Source of the DNA: Klebsormidium nitens
Taxonomy: Eukaryota > Plantae > Klebsormidiophyceae
DNA length: 64,000 nucleotides
Reading direction: 5' to 3'
Assembly: GCA_000708835.1 (NCBI GenBank)
Contig: DF237000.1
Span: 4,166-68,165 of the forward strand
Made by a program: the position numbers and the translations under genes. Below the pieces are notes generated by a model. The model was not told the DNA's origin, searched no databases, and saw only the letters and a program-made list of their open reading frames with translations. Positions 35,456-48,600 of the stretch are shown piece after piece (within the stretch, counting starts at the first letter, position 1; every line of letters begins with the position of its first letter).

Positions 35456-37542
35456 ATGGACGCTTCGGTGAGGGGAAGTCCAAAGGCTGAGGACTACAGG
35501 GTCCCAGACTGTGTTCTGCAGCTCATTCAGGAGCGGCCGCATGGAGGTAAGGAAATTTTCCCAATCTGCATATGGAAGCAATGATTGACATGCAGGGCAT
35601 TGATGGAGGGCTCCGCAGGTTGTGGGCCATTTCAGATGTTCAGCTATTTCGAGCTTGAGCCCATTCACCTTCCAAAGCAGCACATTAAGAGTTGGAGGCG
35701 TCGTCATATCTGTGTGGCTACGCTCACTCAGCTCTGGTCCTGATCGGTTCGCTTGAGTAAGAAAGAGCATTGGTCTACTGTACCTTGCTTGAGGCTGGGT
35801 GTGAGACCGGTCGTCATCATTTGTTTGTGTGCTCTCCTCTTCTTATAGCTGCTAAATTGTTAATGAAAGCCATGCAATGTCGTCACAATCTGTTCATGTT
35901 ATCAACATCAATTTCTTTCCTCTACAGGCAAAGTGCGCCCCAAGTACGTGCCTCCAGAACCCTCTGGGTGGTCGGTAGTGGACACTTCAAGACTAGTCTC
36001 TGTATTGCAAGCTGCTCCTTCAGAACGTGATGCTGCCACTGCTCTTCTGGACCTAGCCTCGGTGTCTGGACCAGAGCCGCTTGGAGAGAGGTCTGAGTGG
36101 GCGCGCGCTGCTGCCAGAAGGACGATTGTGGCCGGGGGTTTGGGGAACGGAGCGGTGTCTGGCTGGCAGGTCAAGCAGCATCGGCAGGTGAGAGAAAGCG
36201 GTGATTCGTGTTGGATTTGGAAGTCAAGATTGCCTCTGTCAGCCCCGTCCTACAACCAGGAAGGATGGCAGAGGTGAGAAAGTCGAGAGTGTTGTTACCT
36301 GACCTTGAGCCAAGCTCACTCGTTGCAAACACGAGTTGATACTACTTCCTTGAAGTCGTAATCTCTTGTCTCCGGGGTAAGCTTTGATTGGTTTCCTGGG
36401 GTTCTGTGTACTGGCCTCCATTGCTCACTTCGCTTTCCACTCAAATCGGTGCCCAGTGTCACATGCCTCGCACCCCCTGAGAAACATACCCATCCGGATT
36501 CACGCTGCGAGCAACAGATTATACTAGAAAACCGGACCCATTATGTAACTCTGCCCCGCCACTCACACCCGCTGACTAAGACGTTCTTCTTCCCGCAGCA
36601 TACTGTCATACGTCAGAAAGTTAAGGCAGCTGCCACAGAGGCGCGGCTACAAAGCAGTGGCGATCCCTCCATTGCCCCCCCTCAGCCCCCAGCCAGCAAA
36701 GTCTTCGTAGCAAACTTTGTGGGTAAACAGCCGCCCCTCTCGTCCGGGTTTGGTCTGTCAATGGCAAGGTCGTTCGATTGGATTCCGACGGAGGAAGAAG
36801 GACCCCTGGAAGTCGAGGGGTCAGAACTCGTCACTAGCCCTGATGTTATGATTCCAATCAAACCTGCAAAGCCGAAACGGAGGGGAGCCCAGGGGCAAAA
36901 AGGCGGGGGAGACTGCCAACGGAGCCGAAGCCCGCAGCAGAAGCGAACGTCGTCTGAGGTCAGTCTCGCGGAGTTGTACTTACTGGTTACAGACAATTGA
37001 GGGTTCCAGCACAATGCCTGGAATTGTGGGACGTCGGAAACCGATGATATCGTGAGGGTGTTAGTCTCTCTTTGCCAGCAAATTGATTTATGAAGCTGCA
37101 TGTGTGAATCTCCAAACATTTCAGAGTATCTGGGGTACGGAGCCAATCTGCCTTTCACTTTCGTGACATGAATCTCGAGGAGAATGATTGTGCTTGTGTA
37201 ATTGTCGCCTGTGCTTTCAATCTGTTGGAATCATCAAATGAATCTTGAAGGTTCTGAGACAAATGTTTTTCCGATTCGTCTCGTGTCTCAAGCACATGAC
37301 ATAGAGTTGCACGATTGGTCACATTGGTGTCATATTGCTGACTAAACAGAGACCGCTGAGGACACTCCTGCCGCTCACAAGTGTTGCGATCGAGTTCCTA
37401 GTTTGAGATGCTGATGGGTAAACGTTGAACCTGAAAATTGAGTGGAATTTTGCAGGTTGTGGTGGTTCCATGGTCTATCACTGCTCAACAAGGCCGCATT
37501 GAAACAATCGCAAACGACAAGCCTCGGAAGTGCTGGGTCTAG
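35456..37542 (+). CDS. Hypothetical low-complexity protein (~265 aa)
   Basis: Putative exons 35456-35546, 35928-36187, 36599-36958, 37456-37542 join in phase with canonical GT-AG. Contains AATALLDLA (repressor-like motif) and a basic KPKRR patch. No family recognised. Confidence 0.5.
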
Positions 37543-39565
37543 GTAACGATTGAAACGTCGACCAAGCGTTCGCTCGATTGCGGATTCGAATGATCAATTG
37601 GAAATTTGTGATTGGAAATTTGTTGCGGCAAGTCAAGAAAGTCAAATATTCTCGCTCATGACCACTTCCCTTTGTAGATTAATTTTAAGAATTGGTCGCC
37701 GACAGCCAGATTCGATTCTTGGGTCCATTCATCGCGTACAAGCAACGCTTTCACTCCGTTTAGTACTAGCTCCGCAAGCCCTTGTACGATAGTTTTCAAC
37801 GGCATGCAACATAGCACAGACGCCATCAAATTATGTACGACTCCGATGAGAAGTTCTCGTTGCTAGGTCAATCGTACTATAGATATGTGCATGTCGCTCC
37901 ATCCTCGGCTGTTATATAAGTGTCCATCAGCTTACATTCACGTCTGCTAGCTAGCTCAACAATACCTGCGCCAATGATGATGCCTGAGGTGCCATGCTCC
38001 ACGTCACTGGGCCTCAAAATCTTATATATCGACAGGCTTGCATCACTAATACACATGCATTGATTCATGATCACTTTGTATATATCGATCTAACTGCTAT
38101 ATGTTGCTGAAGCTTTCAAAGCAACGGCTGCTAGCATGTGCGGCCGCCTAGCTGACCGCCTGAATTGCGCAAGCCTGGCGCGGCGTGGTTCCATACACGT
38201 TCCATACAATGTCCGATTGACACTAAGTTCAAGGTCATGCAGAAATCTGTTAAGTATGCAGATAGATTTCATGCAACCAGGTTCCATTCGAACCGCGGCC
38301 ATGCAGGGACTGGGTACGTCCGGGTTTTTATTAGTTCAACGGCAGGTTGGCTCAGTGTGCGCATGATTATATCCAGAGCCGGCCGGCGGGCCAGGCCGGC
38401 GCCCGGGCAGATGCTCATGCTTCATGGCATCATGAGCCTAGCTAGATTCCTCCTATAGATCATATTCATCGTGGCATTTGTTCAACATGAACTTAATGAA
38501 AACGAAGTCTGAAGATGTGAAGATCTCCAAAATACAAGGCTAGAAGACTAGAATGCCCCTAGAATGTACAGCGGTTTGCTTAAAACTTGTCCGCAGCAAC
38601 CTTGTCGCTTTTCTCCCGCACGCGAAGTTGAGAACTGAGTGCCATACGGTAGTAATCAGGCTTAGTACTTGCAAGCGTAACGTGTAGTGTCTCCAATTCG
38701 AGTCGCCCGCGTCCACTGCATCGAAGGCTGTTGGGGGGCTGTTGCTAGTGCAGCAATGGTACCGGTGCATGCTACCGCGCCTGTACATTGATGCCGGCCG
38801 GCCACGGGCCAACTCGTGGGAAACAGACTTTGCGCGCGAGCCGCCAGGTGAGACCACATGAGCATTTTCAACCGTCCGATGAGAATCATCGACGGCTGTC
38901 CTTGGGTTTTGACACAACTGCTGCTGCAGCGCAATGATGATTCTCATGCATGTGGTCGCGGGTCAAAGTTGAATCAAGCATCGGCACCATGAGCTTGAAG
39001 AATCAGAAGATCAGATTACAAGATCAGGGCAGAAGTTGAAGATGCATTTTCCATTGCTATTCAGAACTCAGAAGTTGATCGTGCAACTTGCACTAGAGTC
39101 CTCAGTGCTTCCGCAATTGTGGACCTGCCGACCGCCTTCTTCTGGCTTACCATCATCTGGTCTGTGTGGGTGTAGACATCTGCTGACGGTGTTCTCTCCT
39201 GATCTGATCATCCGGCCGGGCTTCAGTCTTTGGTGGAAACTTTTCTTACCACAGGTGCTGGATCAGGCCTCAATTCATGCCCAAGAAGAACAACTGGCTT
39301 CTTTTCAAAAATCAGGGCAGGAAGAGGGGCGTGTAGGCTTGCATAATTGAGCGGGGCACACAAGCGATCCGAGTACAAATGCTTCAGATCTTGGCGTGAA
39401 ATAGCAAGATCAAGTACATGGTTGCTTTGAGCAGAGCGCTAGGTGTCTTTTGATACAAAGCGCAACAGGAAAGCTTTTCAAGTGAAGGAGAAAGGTCAAT
39501 GAGAGGGCTTTGAGCAGAGAGCTACTTGTCATCTGGTACAAGCACAGCCTTTTGGACACTGCGCC

Positions 39566-42500
39566 ATGGCAACTACTGCAATGCTGTCCGCACGACAGTC
39601 AAGTGGCCTGCTGGCAGGAAGCTCGCTGAGGGAAAATGAAAGGCGTGGATCACAGCCAAGAATTCCCTCGAGGTTTGGGCCCAATTCAACGCACATCAGG
39701 GATCTCAAGGCACCGGCGCCAACCATCCCAGGGTAACTTTCCATCCTACCCGTAGTGCGTAGAGTTTTGTGCAGCAATTGTCTTTTTGGAAGAGTGGCGC
39801 CCTTATCCCATCATTCCTAAGACAATTTCAAACCAATAATTTAGGCTATGCCCAGTAAAGCGCATGATCAGATGCTGACATTCTAGTGCAAAGCTTAGCC
39901 ATGCTGGGCGAGCAGGTGCCTACGTTCCTTTCACAGTCATTTCCTCCCTCTGATGTGATTCTTTTTTCATTGTCCTGGTTGCCAACAAAGTTAGTGAACC
40001 GTCCACTGATGCCTTGTTGCAGGTTTCAAAAAACTTCTTCCAGAAGGTGCCCAAAGCCGTACAGACACCTGAGGGTGTCTTGTCTACAGCAGTCTGAAAG
40101 CAGTGGATTGAGATCGCCTTCTTACACGGCTTCTGAGGTAAGCGCAAAAAGCCTTGGATGTTGGAATCGCTTCAGAGGCAGCGTTTCTGTCAGAGACACA
40201 TCTGACTTGTCAGCAGAAATCGGAGGTTTGCAGGTGGGGTTGCCAAAGCATAGGCCAGCGGCTGCTCCGGTGCCTACACAACAATGGTATGATCGTTGGC
40301 ATGAGATCTGTTCCAATGGGCGCTCCCAGAAAGCATTGCGTAAAAGTGGTATGTGTGTGCTATTGCAGGCCATTAAAATCTCTCGGTGCCGATTCAAGGA
40401 GGAACTGTCAAAGAAGGATGAAGACATAGACCTTGCAAAGGTGAGATAGAACACCCCCGTTGAAAATGTTTGGAAGACTGTTGTCGACCTTGTTTGGAGA
40501 TGCTGGGTCATATCAGGGGAGAGTCCAGCAAAAGTCTGAAACCAGGAGTGGCCCATGGGAAGGGCACTCTAGATTGAGATGTCGCAACGTGCGGCGGTTC
40601 TTGGGATTTCGGACTTCAGCTTCCTCCCATGATGGGGACTGAGCACGCTTTGAGGACACTCGTTCTGCCTTCTCCAACGTTTGATTCGAATGCCTCGGTT
40701 GGGAACTAAGCAGTGACCATTGGCAAGTACATTCTTTCTCAGTTGTGATCTATCTGCTGCAGTCTGCTCTCCTGATAGCTGCTGAGGATCAGGCGCAAGA
40801 GGTCTGGAACTTCTGCAAAAAGCTCTCAGCCGCAATCAAGGAAGAGCGGGAACCTCCAGTGCTCCCCAGCACGTTCGCAAGTGCAAAACGGGATGTAAAT
40901 ATCGCCATCGGAAGTGACGGCCCACTGCAGCTTCGAGTTGGAGGCCACACGGTGAGTTAAATTTTAGGTTTGAAAACTATTGTTTTTGCGGTAGGAGCCT
41001 CTTTTACAAATCTCACAAGTGTTTCTTTCGGAAAGTCTCAGCGAGGCATGCAATCAATCGCAGCAATGACTCAGTGATCCGAGGCTCTTTTGCATTACTC
41101 TCGGACGTCAGAGACGAAGAAGTCGAGACGCTTTAGAAGCCATTTCATGAATCAGTTCTTGCTTTTACAGGTCGACTACTGGCTCGGCTTCTTGTCAGCA
41201 ATCGGCAGGGAGGTCGAGACCAGATTCTTGCACCAATATGGGGAGGACGCTGCACGCTCCCCTCTTCGAGTGAGTCTGCTTTCGCCCTCGTGAACGCTCA
41301 CATAGAAGTGGATTCTCTTACCTTCGAGGAAGTCCGATCAGTCTCTGCTCGAATAGCCTCTGAACAAGTATCAATGGTGTCAAGGGTGTCAGGAGTCCGT
41401 AAAAGGTGCGCATGTTTCTTTAGCGGACGTCTCCCCTGATCGTTCGAGACTTTTCCTGTAAGCAATTTGCTCGCTGTGCAGCTGATCACGCTCGTAAACG
41501 ACATCCTGTTCCGGGAGTTCGGCTTCAACGGCAACATTCGCTCGGGGGACGTTCGCAACTCGTACCTGCATCTTACGCTCCAAACAGGCAGGGGAACAGG
41601 TACGTCCGTCTCACCACAACCCATCTGCATCACGAAAGCTGATTCTTTCAGCTCGACACAGGAAATATCAACCACAAGACCAGTTCCCCTCGGCACAGAA
41701 CGTTTCAACCCAGTTCACTGAGTTCGCAAACCTCACGTTCCATTAAACCAAGCACAGACTTGATCCTTCTTTCTCAAGTAAGCACGCAGAACAAGATTGG
41801 AAAGCGATCGCGTGGGCCTTAGCGTCTTTGCCACTTTTTTTCTTGTAGCCACGATGATGAGCATCATTTACATCGAGGTCCTGAAGCGCGTCGGGCTGAA
41901 AATGGTGGGAGCCCCCATCTCAAGCGAGTACTTCCTGTGCTGGCCGATGATTGAGGGGGTGCAGGTACGTACCGCTTTAAAGCTCTTCGCGATTGCACTA
42001 GGCACTCCTCTCATGATATTCAAAATGTCCTCGTTGACATAGCGGAGTCTCCTCTTTGCTCTAGCACCATCGATGGCCTGGATGTCATATAGAGCTTCAA
42101 TGGAAGCGGCTCAGAAGTTGCCGAGTTGAAGCCTCCGCAAGTCAACAATTGATGCCACAGGTCGTCGGAAGTTCGAACCCTCAATAGGCTCAGCGGCTAC
42201 CGTTCTCTAGTAGTCTGCTTCCATTCCAGCAGGCCTCTGCAATCCGACGACTTCCGAACTGACAGCGCCCTGGAAGCTGAAACCTTTCAGTAGTTTCTGA
42301 TGTATATTTCCGGCGATCCCGTAGATTGCTTTCGACCCCAACCACAGCGGCCACGGCTACCTCCGCAACGACATCGAGCACATGTTCAGGAAGATGCTGC
42401 CCTACGGCGCGCGGATTGCCCCGCCGTCGTGTCTGGCCACACCTTCAGCGCCTGCCTCACCCCGGTCCCTACCGACGTCACCCCGGTCGGGCCCCACGTC

Positions 42501-43727
42501 ACCACGGTCCGGTCCCACGTCACCCCGAGGTTTTAGTACGAACGTCGAAGAAGTGCTGCGCGCGGAGACGGAGGTGGAGAATGAGGCGGTTGAGGAGGTG
42601 GAAGAGATGTCAATTCGGCCCGCCTCGAACCGGCAGATCGTGGCGAGCGTTCTGCGCACTCTGCGGGTAAGTCGTGCACGCCTTGAAGAGAGCGAGAGCT
42701 ATTGAAACGGGTGGACGTGGTGGATTTCAAGTCAGAGTGATTGCAGACAGGCTTGCCTGATACTGCGGACTGTGCGGGTCAGGGGCGCATGCGTTAAGAG
42801 AGTCAAGAGCTTTGGACTTCATTTATACGTGTGGGATGTGAAGCTGAGGCTGGTAGCAGACAGGCTTTGCCAGAACGGAGGTCGTCAGGTGTTATCCCGG
42901 CCTAATGATTGATACCAACCAGTTTGCGGCTGCGTCTTTACTTCGAGCTTGCCATAAAAGAGTCAAGCAATGGACGAGCATGGAGGTGGAAGCCAGAACA
43001 GCGATGAAGACCCACGAGTGCACTCCCGCACACTTGCTTCTCACCACTTACACGTCATCCGCGCACCGTGCAGAACATCTCCCTGGCGCAAGCTGTGCGC
43101 GCGCTGCGCGAGTTCGCCCTCCAAGCCCCCCTCGGCCGCGCCTCAAAGCACTTCCAGTACTCCCTGGCCCCCGCCGCCATGCAGGGGGTGTTAGACAAGG
43201 ACAAGATGCGACACGCCATCAGCCTCTCGGAGCGTCTTTTGCTGGTGACCCCGGAAGACGCGTCGGCCAGACGAGATCATGCCCTCATGCTCTACCATAA
43301 CAAGTGAGCGATCCACTCTCCAATGATTTTTCAATCGACATGCAGCCCTCCCTGTTTTACTGGCGGCTCGTTTTAAGGGGATGGTTCGAGATGTCCAGAG
43401 GTCGAAGGGCTTGCATCGTTCCGCTTCCGTTCTCTACTCAGAAGTGGTCCAACTGCACCTCCTCGGTTGCTCAATCGACAGCTTGGTTGTGCGAGAAGAT
43501 TTCTTCCAAAGTCCCCCGAAGAGCCTCCGGTTCGTCCTTCGCTCTAAACTACCGTAACTCAAAGCAGAACAATGACGAAATCCACCCTGTGCAGGCAATA
43601 CGGGCAAGCAAAATCGGAGCTAGAAGTCTACATGGGGATGGACATTACGGAAGGCGACAGAGAAGCGGCACAGACCCTGATTGAGAGGGTGTGCCTCATG
43701 GCCCTGGAGGAGAAACTCTGGAGCTGA
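39566..43727 (+). CDS. SirB1/transglutaminase-like (Transglut_core2) protein with TPR-like C-terminus and probable organellar transit peptide
   Basis: Exons 39566-39732, 40023-40137, 40369-40440, 40763-40951, 41171-41269, 41482-41599, 41849-41964, 42325-42666, 43074-43303, 43595-43727, phase-consistent. Motifs: DLAKSALLIAAED, VNDILFREFGF, NSYLHLTLQTGRGT..MSIIYIEVLKRVG, SNRQIV..LR, SERLLLVTPED...RRDHALMLYH. Confidence 0.82.
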
Positions 43728-45670
43728 GAGAGTATATCGGACAACTGCTGTTAAGACGGCGGCGTTACTGTAAGAATGAGGTGGATGCATTGTTTGCGCC
43801 CATCGTTGTGAAAGGTGCATCTTTATTTGCTACGAGTTGATTAGATCCAGCTTGCTGCCCCTTAATCAAGTGAGAAAGGGCGGCATACGAAAGGTACACC
43901 GACAAAACAAAGTGGATCCCCATACTGGGCTGACACACAACTGGAAAGTTCCCAGCCTCTGCGCAAGCTTAGTAGACAGTGCAACATAAGTTATTGGTTT
44001 GTTTGACGATATCTTCTATATAAACATTCAAAAGATAAGAGCGCTCTCTTGTTAGTACAAGCTTCAAGGCCGACCGCAAGAAGCAGCTGACTAAATTTCG
44101 ATGCCCAGCTGCGGGTGTAGCGCCGAGGTTCGCGATCTCAACCAGGAAATAATCTAGGAAGTTATTGGCAACAATCACCCTGGCTTCGGCCCGGTATTGC
44201 TCTCTTGCCAACTAAGTCGATCGGGGTCTCATCTGACAAGATGATAGAGCTGGCCCAATCATTGCGCCGTGAGCATGCAGCAATGTGGCTCTGAGATACG
44301 CACGTCACGCATGCAGCGCGGCCTACAATAGGATACTACGAAGCGACGGTCGCAAGGTGTAATGACCGAGAAATAAAGATGAGCTTCCTGCGTGAAACCC
44401 ATAGCTTAGCATTGAATCCAGTGCAAGCCGCTATGTCGTAATGATCCATGCAATATGAACGTCGTCACATGTTGTCCAGAATCAACCGTCTTAGCTAAAG
44501 GCCTTGGTTCGCCAAGCGTGTCGGAAGGATCAATGGCGGCACGCGCGTACGTATATTTCTTTGCGCGGCACCAAAGATTTGCTGACGTCAGCTTCTTCGA
44601 TATGTGCTTCTCACAAGAAAGCTGGCAGGTGGAGGCTCCAACTTAAGTGCTCTCAGTTCAACACACCTTGATCATTCCGGAAATTACTTTCTACCCCTTT
44701 GCAGGCTTGATATGGTAAGGACGAATCATCGTTTTTTTGGAACAGGCAATCCGATGATTAGATAGCTGCGGAGTGAAACCGTTTATTGGTCATAGCCGTC
44801 TGCAGATCATAGTGAGCGGGCCGGCAGGTAGCTTCAAGTCAGCCGTGTGAGGTGCAGTGATGTCATCGATCGAAACATGCTACATAGTGTCAGTCCTCCG
44901 CTAGCTTGTGCTTGATGATTATGAATCGAGACGTCCAAACCCGAAACTTCAATCATGAATAATCTCGGTTGTCATTTCGGACGCACGTTCGTACCCAGAA
45001 GCTTATCGCGTCCCAGACTTCACCAATCCAGTCTCTGTCAAAGCTCTGCGTATGACCTTGACGATACGCGTTAGCCGTAAGCATGCACGAGTGGGCAAGC
45101 TTGGCGCGCAAATATTTGATCAGGAGTGCGCTTGATTGAGCGGGAAGGGGTTTGAAAAAACTTGCAGGCAGCTGGAGGCGTCAACACTACTCAGCGGCAC
45201 TCAGCGGTCGCTTCTTCCGGCGTGCTGGCACACATCAAGAAAGCGTAATAGACTTGGCAGAGTTCTTGAAGGAGCTGAAGATAGAGGTTCCAGCGAGCAG
45301 CGTCCTTGTCACCGTTTCCCACCCGTTTGCCGACTTTCTCAGCTCGATGCGCTTTGAACATCTTAGAGGCCTTCACTCAAGCTGAGGATTTCGAGCTGGT
45401 CTAGAGCTCACGGCTGCCAGACAGAAGGTAGAAAGGGGCCAGCTAGGCAAGTCAGACAAGCTGTCTCCTTGAGCGTCGAACCCCCGACAGATACCTTGGG
45501 CGCTCCTTTCAGAAGCTCTGGAACAAGACGCATTAGAGAAGTCTTTCTTCACCACATTTGGCTCTGGTCTGAGCTCTGAGGGGAAGTAAGCTGGGAATGC
45601 GAGTCCTGTGACGAGACGAAATCATCTCAAGAAAGCTGCAGACAATCTGCTGATATCGGACTGAGCGAAG

Positions 45671-48600
45671 ATGTTTTACTCGCACCAGCTCTTGTCGAAG
45701 AAGGGACCTCTGGGTCAGATTTGGTGAGTGTGACCTTTTAACAACTGTGAGGAAGTTCCGCTTAAGGAACCAGAAGAGTAATAATTATCAGGACAGAATC
45801 AGATTGTTTGGACAAGGAGTCAGATAAATTGAGCCAGTGGTTCAGCTTAAGAAGATTTCACATGAATCGATGACTGTTCAACAGGAGCTCCATGAGCAAT
45901 GGAAGGAAGAACGATTCTCGTGACGCATATCTTGAAGCAGCCAAGGAATTTGAACGGAAGGACCAGTCTCAAAGTGTACGGCAAATGAGAACAGATCCAA
46001 ATATTTGGCTGTTTTCTGCCTCTTCTCTGGAAGGTAAGTGGGATTACACTTGTGAATGGAGACTTAATCCTAAAATTGGGTTTGCACGTGACACGTGTGC
46101 AGGATTGCGGCAACAATACAAGGGAAGATGAACAAGAAAAAAGTCGAACGGATTGATATCACGGAGATCTGGTAAGCAACTATTATGGGGTCCGTTTGCC
46201 GGTCAGAGCATAATATATGCTGCGAAGAACACCGTGTCACGATATTTATATCCCGGCAATCTTGGAACATCGACAACTACTACGCAGTGCTGCAATTAAA
46301 AAACCTCCATTTTCCACTCGCTAGACAGGATATGCTGACTCTCTTTCTGTTGAATCTCTTCCAGCACGCACATCATTGAGCCGCAAGTTCCTCTTGCCCT
46401 TAGGCTGTCAGGGATTTTGATGGGAGGCGTCGTGATTGTGTACAGTCGGAAGGTTAACATACTCCTCGGTAAGTTTCTTGACCCAAAACTTGGAATGGTG
46501 CAAGCGGTATCTGCTATCCTCTGGGCCTAACTTTACGTTCAATCACATGAATTCATCAGCTTTCAAGAGATTGCACCTCCTTTCGGTGTCTCATTCATAG
46601 CCTCTATTAAAGAGTTGTTTTGCCTTCCTGCAGATGATGCAAACGACTTCCTGGTGAGTTTGAAAAGCGCCTTGGCATCAATCTCTCGTGGTTCCCTCCA
46701 TCAAAAGCTGCAAAAATTTTCCTAGATAACTCGATTTTTGAACTTTCTGGAATGCTTCTGCAATTCTCATTTGCATGCAGATCTCAAACTCTGACTATCC
46801 TCGCGACTTGTTATTGCAGACAAAGCTCAAAAGCGTTATCGCTGCGAAGCCAGCCGATAACATCAATCTACCGAAGAATCGGCAGAGTGCCAAGTTCGAC
46901 GCCATCACTATCCAGCGTGTTGATCTAGCAGCCTTCGGAGACATCGAGAGGCTGCTTCTTCATCCGCATGGAACACAGACGCAAGAACCCCTGGTAAGCT
47001 GTCATTCTGATGATCACAAGTTGAACAGATAGGTCCCTAGGAAATCAAATGCTTATGGTGGAACTTTGCAAAGAGATAGCGCGCTCAAATTTGTCTCAGT
47101 CTGACTTCGTTTGGTGCCTTTGCGACAGGGCGAGGACTTCTTTGTCATGCCGCGTGTCGAGGCCGAGAAGGACACGTTGAGAAAACGCGAGAAGCATCAA
47201 GGTATGTGAAATTCTTCTGCGAGGCATGAAGTTAAAGTGATTCACGAGCAAAGCATCAGCCTAATGCCACAGTTTGATATACATAATGCCTCTTTCTTTT
47301 CCAGCGTGAACACGATATGATCATCTTCGCTCTTCATTTCCCTTTGCAGCTCGATCCGAAAACATCACACTCGACGAACGGCTGCCTGAAGATGCGAATG
47401 ACATGCTGAACAGGTATGCATCTCACTTTCATCTGCTTACAGCTGATGCATGTCAGCAATTTAGCACGCATTTGAAATGCAAATTTATCTTCTACGCTTC
47501 GAAGCAGGCGTGCTCTGACGAACTAAAAAGCAAGCTTATGAGATTTGGCTTACAGGAACTCACTCGAAAAGCTCAACATGCAGAGAAGAGGCAGACGACA
47601 TTCTTCCACCGCCTGACCCTATGGAGATGGACTTTCTCGCAATGCCTCAAACGGACTTCGCTGACCTGCCAGACATGCCGGACCTTCCCCTCCCCGGTAA
47701 GCAGCCAGAATTTCATGTCAGCTTCATCTGGTGCATACTCATCGCCAATCCTGTTGCCGAAATTAACAGGCGCTGTCACTTAATCTGGAGTGTAAAATTT
47801 TGCACCTTGGAATTTCACATGGGCACGCTCTTAACTTGCGCCTGAAAGCATTGCGTGCATCTTTGCAGATGACATTGCCTTTCCAGCTGGGGGACTTGAC
47901 ACAATCATGGAAGAGACGAAGCAGGAAGCGGAGGAAGAAGCAAGGTCCACGGTAATCGATGTCCCTTCTTGACACCCTTCAGTATACTCGCCATGCTAAA
48001 GCGGAGTGTTTCCTGTATCCCTGTTGGAAAATGTCCTGTTTACAATCCTTGCGAGGATCTTACAAATATCCTCAGATGGTGGCTGATGCAATTGCTGCGT
48101 CACTCTGATCCAACGAAGCTTATCCCATGCAGCCTCCTGACCTGAAGACTCCGACAAAGCCGAAGCGCGCCAGGCGAGGGAGGAAGCGCCAGGTTTTCAT
48201 CGACGAGATCACAGAAGTACCCGCTCCGGAGTTTGACAGGTGGCTGAAGGATTCATCGGAGTTGGTCGGGCGGGGAAAGAAGGTAAGAGACGGTGTCTTT
48301 GCTTGCTTCCGGAGGTTCCTGAGAAGACCTGACAACTGAAGCTTGTCTCCTTTCAGTGACATCTGTATATCTACGAAATTTCCGAGCTTGCACGATCCTG
48401 CTAACCTTCGCATATGTCTTTCAGAAGTTGCTGAATGTAAGATAGAAAATGCAAATCAAATCTTTGAACTTTTCACCATGCAGCGCCGCGTCAGGACCGA
48501 GCTGGCAACCATCAACAAGCTTTTCCGGCTGCCGTGCACCATGCTAAGAAGGAACATCCACGGAGAGCCGATCAGCGACTGGTCCCCCGAGCTGCTGACA

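Noticed and set aside
35396-35770. Minus ORF containing LNVLLWKVNGLK, reminiscent of an APE-endonuclease (LINE) start
   Set aside because: No downstream endonuclease or RT motifs, and it overlaps a better-supported plus-strand exon.
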